Source: an uncultured Muribaculaceae bacterium
GTDB taxonomy: Bacteria > Bacillota_I > Bacilli_A > RF39 > UBA660
Assembly: GCA_964438315.1 (NCBI GenBank)
Contig: CAYTKH010000003.1
Span: forward strand, 1-38,095
DNA: 38,095 nt
Direction of reading: 5' to 3'
The notes beneath the pieces are model-generated. The model did no database searches and was not told where the DNA came from. It saw only the letters and a list, made by a program, of their open reading frames with translations. This document shows positions 1 through 8,600 of this stretch, one piece after another; within the stretch, counting starts at the first letter, position 1, and each line of letters starts with the position of its first letter. The position numbers were made by a program, and so were the translations under genes.

Positions 1-468
1 AATGATGAAGTTGAAATTATTGGTCTTAAAGATACTCAAAAATCAGTTGTTACAGGAATTGAAATGTTCCGTAAACAATTAGACTATGCAGAAGCTGGAG
101 ATAACGCTGGTATTTTACTTAGAGGTATTTCTAGAGAAGATGTTGAAAGAGGTCAAGTAATCGCTAAACCAGGAAGTGTTACTCCACATAAAAAATTCAA
201 AGCTCAAGTATATGTACTTAGCAAAGAAGAAGGTGGACGTCATACACCATTCTTCTCAAATTACCGTCCACAATTCTATTTCAGAACAACAGATGTTACA
301 GGAGTTATTGAACTTCCAGCTGGTGTTGAAATGGTAATGCCTGGAGATAATATTGAAATGACAGTTGAATTAATTGCTCCTATCGCTATTGAAAATGGAA
401 CTAAGTTCTCAATTCGTGAAGGTGGTAGAACAGTTGGTGCTGGTAACGTTTCAGAAATTATTGAATAA
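1..468 (+). CDS. tuf: Elongation factor Tu, 3' part (gene starts before window)
   Basis: Open frame from base 1 ([22 protein letters not shown]); EF-Tu motifs [26 protein letters not shown] and [11 protein letters not shown]. Confidence 0.98.
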   Translation, partial: NDEVEIIGLKDTQKSVVTGIEMFRKQLDYAEAGDNAGILLRGISREDVERGQVIAKPGSVTPHKKFKAQVYVLSKEEGGRHTPFFSNYRPQFYFRTTDVTGVIELPAGVEMVMPGDNIEMTVELIAPIAIENGTKFSIREGGRTVGAGNVSEIIE

Positions 469-474
469 TAAATT

Positions 475-497
475 GAGATGAAATTTCATCTCTTTTT
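475..497 (+). terminator. Intrinsic terminator after tuf
   Basis: GAGATGAA-at-TTCATCTC inverted repeat followed by TTTTT. Confidence 0.75.
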
Positions 498-545
498 GTT
501 TCCAAATTTTAGACTTTATGGTAAAATATTATCAGAGGAGATAAC

Positions 546-1019
546 ATGATAGAAGAAGTAGAAAAGTATGTAAAAGAAAAACATAAGAATCAAAAAAGAA
601 AAAATGGTACGCCATATTATATTCATCCATTTTGTGTAAGAGATATTTTAAAACAAAAAGGGTATGATGAAAATCATCAATTAGTGGCATTGCTTCATGA
701 TATTTTAGAGGATACTGATGGTACAAAAGAGGAGATATTAAAACTTACAAATAACGATGTATTAAATGCAGTATTATTATTAACTAAAGAAAAAAATTAT
801 AATAATTTAGAATACATTAGTAGAATTAAAAAAAATTCTTTAGCACTTAATGTTAAATTAGCAGATCGTCTACATAATATAGTTGAATGTATATATACAG
901 ACCTCAAATTCAAAAATAAATATATAAAAGAAACGGAAGAATATTATATTGAACTAGCTAGAAAAACAGCATTTGAAGAGGATATTATAAATGCTTTAAA
1001 TTTATTAAAGGATTTTTAA
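546..1019 (+). CDS. HD-domain small alarmone hydrolase (RelA/SpoT hydrolase, Mesh1-like)
   Basis: HxxQKRKxGTPYxxHP, ALLHDILEDT, LLTK and VKLADRLHN motifs; stand-alone, 157 aa. Confidence 0.85.
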   Translation: MIEEVEKYVKEKHKNQKRKNGTPYYIHPFCVRDILKQKGYDENHQLVALLHDILEDTDGTKEEILKLTNNDVLNAVLLLTKEKNYNNLEYISRIKKNSLALNVKLADRLHNIVECIYTDLKFKNKYIKETEEYYIELARKTAFEEDIINALNLLKDF

Positions 1020-1033
1020 AAAAAGATAGGGTA

Positions 1034-2269
1034 CTATCTTTTTAATATACCTGAATTTTTGTACATAAAATACATTTTATTGTTAGTTATAAGTTCTAAA
1101 TCGCCAATATATTCTATCGCTAAAGCATTAAATTTTAATTTAAAATCATTTAGACCTTTATATGGATTATCTTTTATATTGGTTGCAGTAATTCCACCTA
1201 AGTTAAATTTCTTAAATCCCAATTTAGAATATCTTTCACATAATTTCCAAATTAATAGATGTTTAGAATTTAGTACCTTAAATCTAGTATCATATCCATC
1301 TATTAAAAGATTTACTTCATCTTTATTCTTAATAATCATCGCTGATGAAGTAACAATACCATCTGGGTATTTAGTTAATAAATTAGTTGCATTTACAAGT
1401 TGATTTTGATAAACATTAACTAGTTTATCAATTTCAATTTTTTTATTTATTAAGACCTTATTATTTTTTGTATTGTTTCTTATATCGACATTTATTTTAC
1501 TAGCTAAATAATCGTATTTCTGAAATTCTTTTTGACAATTTTGAACAAAAGATTTAGTGTCTAACTTTGTATAGAAAAATTCAACATTATTTGAACTTTC
1601 AAAATACTTATAGGTATCTTTAAAATATTTTAAATCCCTAGGATATTTCTTTTTAGTATGTAAATATAGATAATCTAAATCATCTATGTTACCTTTATAG
1701 ACACTAATTCCATTTTTTGAGGCACTCCTTATTTTAGTTCTAAATTGTTTATTAATGTTTTTAAATAGAATATAGTAAGGTGGATTTAAATCTATAATAG
1801 CCTCAAATCTTGGTTTAATAGATTCAAAAAAATTATTGTATCCTAGATGTTTATATCCTAAACTATTTAAATTAGCAAGAATATTATCATAATAATTATT
1901 TTTAGTAGTTATATTATACTTTAAATCATAGGTACTTTTTATAATATAGGGGCTAATTTTAATACCAACAATTTGATTTCTATTAAAATATTTTTTGATC
2001 TCGTCTGTATAAGTAGCTAGTAAAGAAGTATTATTATAATCGATTAAAAAACCCCTTGGACAGTATGCAAATTTGTACTTTTTATTCTTTTCTATTAAAA
2101 ACAAACCAGCAGCAACAATATTTTTATCATCATACAAACCTAAGAATATACAATCAAATCCTTGATTGCTCATAACGAAAGCATATTCGACTGTTTGATA
2201 AATAGAATTGATATAAAAACTATCACAAAAACATTTAAATTCTTCGTTTGTTAACTCCTTTAAGACCAT
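1034..2269 (-). CDS. FemABX/MurMN-family peptidoglycan bridge aminoacyltransferase
   Basis: 411 aa; YCPRGFLIDY, central coiled coil, FNLGGI...GLNDFKLKFN...EYIGDLE match the FemAB family. Confidence 0.88.
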   Translation of the reverse strand: MVLKELTNEEFKCFCDSFYINSIYQTVEYAFVMSNQGFDCIFLGLYDDKNIVAAGLFLIEKNKKYKFAYCPRGFLIDYNNTSLLATYTDEIKKYFNRNQIVGIKISPYIIKSTYDLKYNITTKNNYYDNILANLNSLGYKHLGYNNFFESIKPRFEAIIDLNPPYYILFKNINKQFRTKIRSASKNGISVYKGNIDDLDYLYLHTKKKYPRDLKYFKDTYKYFESSNNVEFFYTKLDTKSFVQNCQKEFQKYDYLASKINVDIRNNTKNNKVLINKKIEIDKLVNVYQNQLVNATNLLTKYPDGIVTSSAMIIKNKDEVNLLIDGYDTRFKVLNSKHLLIWKLCERYSKLGFKKFNLGGITATNIKDNPYKGLNDFKLKFNALAIEYIGDLELITNNKMYFMYKNSGILKR

Positions 2270-2326
2270 AAACTCACCTCGTGTTAGTTAGTATACCATA
2301 AAATTAAATAAAAATAAATAAATCTA

Positions 2327-2356
2327 TTGAATAATCATATAATATTATGATATAAT
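2327..2356 (+). promoter_or_regulatory. SigA-type promoter of rpsB-tsf
   Basis: TTGAAT, 18-nt spacer, extended -10 TG-a-TATAAT. Confidence 0.65.
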
Positions 2357-2371
2357 GCAATTGGCTTTTTC

Positions 2372-2450
2372 AAATACACACATTATTGATTCTAATGCCT
2401 AGTGCCTTATGGTGGTAATTAGAAGTTGAGATAATGGAGGAATAACAAAA
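2372..2450 (+). ncRNA. rpsB 5' leader (t44/S2 autoregulatory leader-like)
   Basis: ACACAC...TTCTAAT...GTGCC...ATTAGAA...GGAGG arrangement between promoter and rpsB resembles rpsB leaders; inferred from position and motif. Confidence 0.55.
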
Positions 2451-2462
2451 GGAGGAATGAAA

Positions 2463-3494
2463 ATGACAGTAGTGTCAATGAGTTATTTACTAGAAACAGG
2501 AGTTCACTTTGGTCATCAGACTAAAAGATGGAATCCTAAGATGAAAGAGTATATCTTTACAGCAAGAGATGATATTTATATCATAGACTTGCAAAAAACT
2601 GCTAAAAAGATAGAAGAAGCATATGAAGCTTTAAATAAGATAGCAGTAGAAGGAGGAAAAGTACTATTTGTTGGAACTAGAAAACAAGCTAGTGAGGCAA
2701 TCATTGAGGAGGCTAAACGTAGTGATTCATACTATGTAGCTGAAAGATGGCTAGGTGGTACTTTAACAAACTTTAAGACGATTAGAAGAAGAGTTAAGAG
2801 ATTAGAAGAAATTGAAAGAATGGAACAAGATGGTACATTTGATTTACTACCTAAAAAAGAAGTTATTCAAATTAAGAAAGAATATAATAAACTTAATAAA
2901 ATATTATGTGGAATTCGTGATATGCATAAACTTCCAGATGCTTTATACATAGTAGATCCATCAGCTGAAGAAATTGCTATTAAGGAAGCTAGAAAGCTAA
3001 ATATTCCTGTATTTGGTATTGTAGATACAAACTGTGATCCAGATATGGTTGATTATGTAATACCTGGTAATGATGATGCAATTAGAGCAGTTAAGTTAAT
3101 AACTGGTGTTATGGCAAATGCTATTGTTTCAGCTAATGGTGGTAAAATTGTAGATTATGTTAAAGACGATGATAAAAATGAAAACATTATGGAAAGAGCT
3201 TTACAAACAGTAAAGAAGAAAGAAGATTATGTTCCTAATAATAAAAACTTCGATCGTCCAAAAAAGGAAGAATTTAAAAAAGACAGAAAAGAAGAAAAAG
3301 TAGTTAAAGAAGAAGTAAAAAAAGAAGAAAAAGCGGTTAAAGAAGAAGTAGTTAAAAAAGATAAAAAAGAAGAAGCCAAAGATATCGATTTAACTAAAAT
3401 GACAGTTTCTGAATTAAGAGACTTAGCAAAAAATAGAGAAATTAAGGGATATTCAACAATGAAGAAAACAGAACTTATTGATGCCCTAAAATAA
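2463..3494 (+). CDS. rpsB: 30S ribosomal protein S2 with C-terminal charged linker and Rho_N-like domain
   Basis: [46 protein letters not shown]; start set at ATG 2463 for spacing from GGAGGA (2457 also possible). Confidence 0.97.
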   Translation: MTVVSMSYLLETGVHFGHQTKRWNPKMKEYIFTARDDIYIIDLQKTAKKIEEAYEALNKIAVEGGKVLFVGTRKQASEAIIEEAKRSDSYYVAERWLGGTLTNFKTIRRRVKRLEEIERMEQDGTFDLLPKKEVIQIKKEYNKLNKILCGIRDMHKLPDALYIVDPSAEEIAIKEARKLNIPVFGIVDTNCDPDMVDYVIPGNDDAIRAVKLITGVMANAIVSANGGKIVDYVKDDDKNENIMERALQTVKKKEDYVPNNKNFDRPKKEEFKKDRKEEKVVKEEVKKEEKAVKEEVVKKDKKEEAKDIDLTKMTVSELRDLAKNREIKGYSTMKKTELIDALK

Positions 3495-3506
3495 AGGAGA
3501 TTAGTT

Positions 3507-4382
3507 ATGATAAGTGCAAGCTTAGTAAAAGAACTAAGAGAAAAATCTGGTGCAGGTATGTTGGATTGTAAAAAAGCTCTAGAAGCTAACAATGGTGATA
3601 TCGATGCATCAATGGATTGGTTAAGAGAAAAAGGAATTTCAAAAGCCCTTAAGAAAGCTGATCGTATTGCAGCTGAAGGATTAACAGAAATTTTAATTAA
3701 AGGTAATACTGCAGCTATTGTTGAAGTAAATTCTGAAACAGACTTTGTAGCTAAAAATGATGAATTTAAGAGCTTAGTTACTACAATATTAAATGCAATT
3801 GTAGATAATAATACAGATGATACCGTTGAAAGTGTTTTAAAACTTGAAACAGATGAAGGTACTATTGAAGATTTGATTGTAGCTAAAACAGCTAAAATTG
3901 GAGAAAAATTAAGTTTTCGTCGTTTTGTTAAAGTAATGAAATCAGATAACGAAGAATTTGGTTCATACATTCATATGGGTGGTAAGATATCAGTGCTTAC
4001 TATCGTTGATGGTGCAAGTAGCGAAGTAGCTAAAGATGTAGCAATGCATGCAGCAGCTATGAGACCAATATATGTAAAACGTGAAAATGTTCCCACTGAT
4101 GTACTAGAAAAGGAAAGGGCAGTTTTAAAAGAACAAGCTATCAACGAGGGTAAACCAGCTGATATAGCAGAGAAAATGGTAGAAGGAAGAATTAGAAAAT
4201 ACTATGAAGAAGTTTGTCTAGAAGAACAACCATTTGTCAAAGATTCAGATATAAATGTTAAGACATTTGTTAGTAATAACGGTGGTACTATCGTTAATAT
4301 GGTAAGATATGAAGTTGGTGAGGGACTAGAAAAAAGAAATGAAAACTTTGCCGATGAAGTTGCAAAACAGATAAATGGATAA
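3507..4382 (+). CDS. tsf: Elongation factor Ts
   Basis: VKELREKSGAGMLDCKKAL, EVNSETDFVAKN, KIGEKL; follows rpsB. Confidence 0.98.
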   Translation: MISASLVKELREKSGAGMLDCKKALEANNGDIDASMDWLREKGISKALKKADRIAAEGLTEILIKGNTAAIVEVNSETDFVAKNDEFKSLVTTILNAIVDNNTDDTVESVLKLETDEGTIEDLIVAKTAKIGEKLSFRRFVKVMKSDNEEFGSYIHMGGKISVLTIVDGASSEVAKDVAMHAAAMRPIYVKRENVPTDVLEKERAVLKEQAINEGKPADIAEKMVEGRIRKYYEEVCLEEQPFVKDSDINVKTFVSNNGGTIVNMVRYEVGEGLEKRNENFADEVAKQING

Positions 4383-4389
4383 AAATGTT

Positions 4390-4425
4390 AAAAAGTGATA
4401 TATTCAAAATATATTGCTTTTTTTT
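4390..4425 (+). terminator. tsf intrinsic terminator; near copy at 23332-23379
   Basis: AAAAGTGATATATT-caa-AATATATTGCTTTT followed by T-run. Confidence 0.75.
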
Positions 4426-4532
4426 GTATAAAATTTAGTTACGTAAAAAAATAATATTCTCTAATAGATTTATAATTAATAGTAGTATTAGAATAGATTA
4501 ATAAAAAAATTATACGAAATGATGAAAAATTT

Positions 4533-4893
4533 AAACTTTTGACTTCAAAAAATGATCCGAACTGAGGAATATAGTGAAGGAGTATTACTCTCCTTCATAT
4601 ATTCCTTATTTTTTTGGAATAATGTTCTTTGACAATTTAATAAGAATAGTTGAATACGTTTTTAATATGTCGGTTAGACAAGCTCATTAATAAGTATGCT
4701 TGTGAATAATGCGATTAAAAATATTAAGTATAATGATACTTCTACTAAGATACTAACTATTTAATAGAGGTGTAACCTATGGAATTGATTCATAATCAAT
4801 TGTTCAACTATTAGAAAACATTTAGAAAATAAAGATATATTCATACCTAAAATTTTAAATATTAAATTCATAAAAAAGAAAGGACGTGGAAAT
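4533..4893 (+). ncRNA. Conserved structured leader, copy 1 (putative promoter, hairpin, boxA-like motif, multi-stem RNA)
   Basis: Aligns along its length with 24204-24536; hairpin 4564-4607, TGTTCTTTGACA 4623-4634, closing stem 4645-4656/4801-4812. Confidence 0.65.
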
Positions 4894-5592
4894 ATGAATG
4901 AAACAAATGTAGGGGATTTCTCTATGGAGGATATTTATTTTAAAGATGCATTTACAAAAACAGGAAATAAATTAAATTTAGAGGTGAATGATGTAACAGT
5001 AGATTCAATTATTTCCAAAAATAATAAATTTGGAATTGATAGTGAAGGAAATCTAAGTGTAAATAGCATTTCTTCAAATCAGGGATTTAATATACCGATT
5101 GGTGATTTAGTTTACCCAGTAGGATCAATCTATCTTACCGTAAATAATAGCAATCCATCTTCTTTGTTTGGAGGAAGTTGGGAGAGGATTCAAGGTAGAT
5201 TTTTACTAGGTGCAGATGAATATTATCAAACTGGAACGATGGGAGGATTTTATTCTGTTACAAGTGGAGAACCATCAAACAATGAAACAGGAGCTGCTAA
5301 TGGAAATACAGGAAGTACCACTTTAACTATCGATCAAATTCCAGGTCATGACCATCGTTCAAGAGGTTCTACTTTCATCGAAGGTGGTAGTGGTGCTGGG
5401 TCAGTCGCTACTATGAACTTTGCGGCAGGTAATTATAAAAGACATCATTATGAAACAACCTTAGAAACAGGTGGAGGACAAGGACATACACATACACTAA
5501 ATTCACATACACATACACTAAATTCACATACACATACTGTTTCAGTTATGCCTCCTTATTTAGCAGTTTCAATTTGGAAGCGAATAGCCTAA
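4894..5592 (+). CDS. Phage baseplate gp10-C-terminal / tail-collar-needle-like protein, copy 1
   Basis: YPVGSIY...NPSSLFGGSWERIQGRFLLGA...LTIDQIPGHDH...MPPYLAVSIWKRIA; paralog of 24537-25115. Confidence 0.8.
   Translation: MNETNVGDFSMEDIYFKDAFTKTGNKLNLEVNDVTVDSIISKNNKFGIDSEGNLSVNSISSNQGFNIPIGDLVYPVGSIYLTVNNSNPSSLFGGSWERIQGRFLLGADEYYQTGTMGGFYSVTSGEPSNNETGAANGNTGSTTLTIDQIPGHDHRSRGSTFIEGGSGAGSVATMNFAAGNYKRHHYETTLETGGGQGHTHTLNSHTHTLNSHTHTVSVMPPYLAVSIWKRIA
5484..5537 (+). repeat. 21-bp tandem repeat (2.6 copies) encoding HTHTLNS
   Basis: ACATACACATACACTAAATTC twice plus a partial third copy, in frame. Confidence 0.9.
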
Positions 5593-5657
5593 TTATTTAT
5601 TGAATATATAATTTATTTTCTAAATCATCTTTTAATAAAACGGAATGGAGGAGAAAA

Positions 5658-8600
5658 ATGGAACAAATTGAATTAAAAGATTTAAGAAAAACAAGAGAAA
5701 AACATTTTTTGAGAAAAGATGGGCTTATTGTAGCACAACTTTTTGATGACGATATTCATTATAAAAACGGAGAATTTTACGATGAAATTGATAATACCCT
5801 ATTAAAAGATAGTGAATATTATCATAATAAAAGTAATTCATATAAAGTTTACTTTCATGAAAATACAACAGGACTTTTAACAAAAATAGATTTTGATAAT
5901 CATTATATTTGTTATCAACTTAAAAATAGTAATTATGTACAAGCTATGATAGAAAATAACAACTCTAAACTATACAAAAATATAAAATATGAGAACATTT
6001 TAAATGGCATTGATATAAAGTACAATGTAATGCCTACAAAAGTCAAAGAAAATATTATTATAAAAAATAAGGAATCTTTAGTAGAAAAAATCAGTTTTAA
6101 TATTGAAACAGATTTAACGTTAAAGTTGAATGTTGATAAAAGTATATATGCTCTATCAAATGAAGAAATAATATTTAAAATAGATGCTCCTTACTTAATC
6201 GATATAAATGGTAAAGTTATAAATGAAGTTTCTTATAAACTTAAAAAAAATAATGATGGATATCTTTTAGAACTTATTATTGATAAGTCAATATTTGAAA
6301 ATATTGAACTTGAATATCCGATTACAATTGATCCAACAATAACCAACTATACGAGTAACAATATGTACGATACTTATATTTATCAAGGTGATACAAATGT
6401 TTCTCGCAGTAATCTACCATATTTAAAAGTTGGTGTTGAAAATGTAAACGGAACAAATGTGATTAATAGAACTTTAATAAAATTTGATTTACCAACAATA
6501 GGAACGGGAAGTCAAATTGTATATGCAGGCTTGGATTTAACAGGATATCCTATAGTAGAAGGCTCATCTGATGAAAGTGTGATTTGTGTTCATCAAATTA
6601 CCTCTGATTGGTTAGAATCAGGTGCAAATTGGAATAATATGAACGATAAATATCAATCTAGAATAGAAGCATCATTTATAGGTATAAGAAGTATTGCCGA
6701 TATTGAAGGAACTATACAACATTTGTATCACAATGAATGTGAAATTACAAACTTGGTGAAAAAATGGTATACTTCGGATCCTAATTATGGTATTATGCTA
6801 AAAGCAAATAAAGAGGTTTATAAAAATGGTATAATACCTATGTTCTTTTCAAAAAATCATGGCATTGATAATGTTGAATTAAAGCCACTACTAACGATCG
6901 TTTACAAAAATCAAAATGGTGTAGAGTCCTATATGGATTATAAGGTACAATCCTTTAGTCAAGGAAAAACATATTTGAATACTTATAATGGTAATTTAAC
7001 AAGTATTTTTGAAGTTGGATCTACTAAAACAGGAAAGATGCCAATTAATTTGAATCTTGTTTATAATACAAATGATGTTATTTTAAATAATGATTTAGGT
7101 TATGGTAAAGGTTATAATTTAAGTCTTGGACAAACTATTAAAGAAACTACAATCGATTCTATAAATTATTTGGAATATCTAGATGATGATGAAACAATCC
7201 ATTATTTCAGATTAATTGATAACATTTATAAAGATGAAGATGGTCTTGATATGACAATTGAAAAACAAGACTCTGAATGTATCTTAAAAGATAAAGATGG
7301 TAATAAAATGTTCTTTAATAAAGATGGAAATATATTTTATCTAACTAAAATTAAAGATACAAAAGAAAATATGGCAACAATTACATATAATACAAATCAT
7401 ACAATTTCTAAGGTAATAGATGCTTCATCATCAGAAATTAATATCACTTATCAAGATAATAAAATTATAATAGTAAGTCCAAATCAAACTGTAACTTTAA
7501 ATTATATTAATAATATTCTTACTAGTTTAGCAAAAAAATCTGGTGTAACTACATTTAATTATAATGATAATTTTCTAATTACGAGTATTACAGATGAAAA
7601 TGATTTAAAAATATGTTATGAATATTATGACTATGTTCCATATCGTATAAAAAAAGTGATAGAATTTGCAACTGATAATAGTGTAGGAAATTACTTCAAT
7701 GTAACTTATAATTTTAATTCAACAACAATTATTGATAATAAAAATAAAGCAGAAACCCTAACTTTTAATAATTATGGAAATGTAGAAACTATTACAAGTT
7801 TAAAAAATCATGATGATATTTTAAATGCTTATGGTAAAAATATGCAATATGGAAATGAAGGATATAGTGATGGAAGTGTTTACATTCCAATAAAAAATAA
7901 ACTTTTAAATTATGATATTCCATGTAAATATGTAAAAAATTACTTATCAAATTCTAGTTTTGAAGAAAATAATATTTTATTTACTAAAACAAGTAACGTA
8001 TCGTTATCAATATCAAATGATATATCAGTATCTGGTTTTAAATGTTTAAAAGCTATATCAACATCTATTAATCAAGTTATTAGTCAAAGTATTATTGTAC
8101 CAAAGGATAATTATTATACATTTAGTACATATATAAAAAATTCATCGCCTTTAAAAATCGTATTAAGTTATATTGATTCAAATAATCAAGAACAAGAAAA
8201 AATAGAATTTATTAAATCTAGTGAATCATTTGAAAGATATGATGTTACAACCTATTATCCAAATGATGCAACTAGTAATTTAGTAATTAAAATTGTTTTA
8301 GATGAAGCAGGTACTTATTATATAGATGATGTTCAATTAGAACAAAGTGAGGTAGCTAATTACTATAATTTATTAGATAATTCAGATTTTTCAAAAGGAA
8401 TTAGTGATTGGAGCCTTACAGTACAAGATAACTTAACAGGTTTACCTATATCTTCATCAAATGTTTTTTCAAAAGTAGATTTAAATAATGATGTAACAGC
8501 TTTAAAAATCAAAATGGATCCTGAAAATTCAACTACTGTATCCAAAACATTTAATATTAATGGAAAAGCAAAAGATACATATTATATTTCATTTTGGTAT

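Noticed and set aside
532-3970. ORFs 532-726(-), 1059-1403(+) and 3227-3970(-)
   Set aside because: Antisense shadows of well-supported genes
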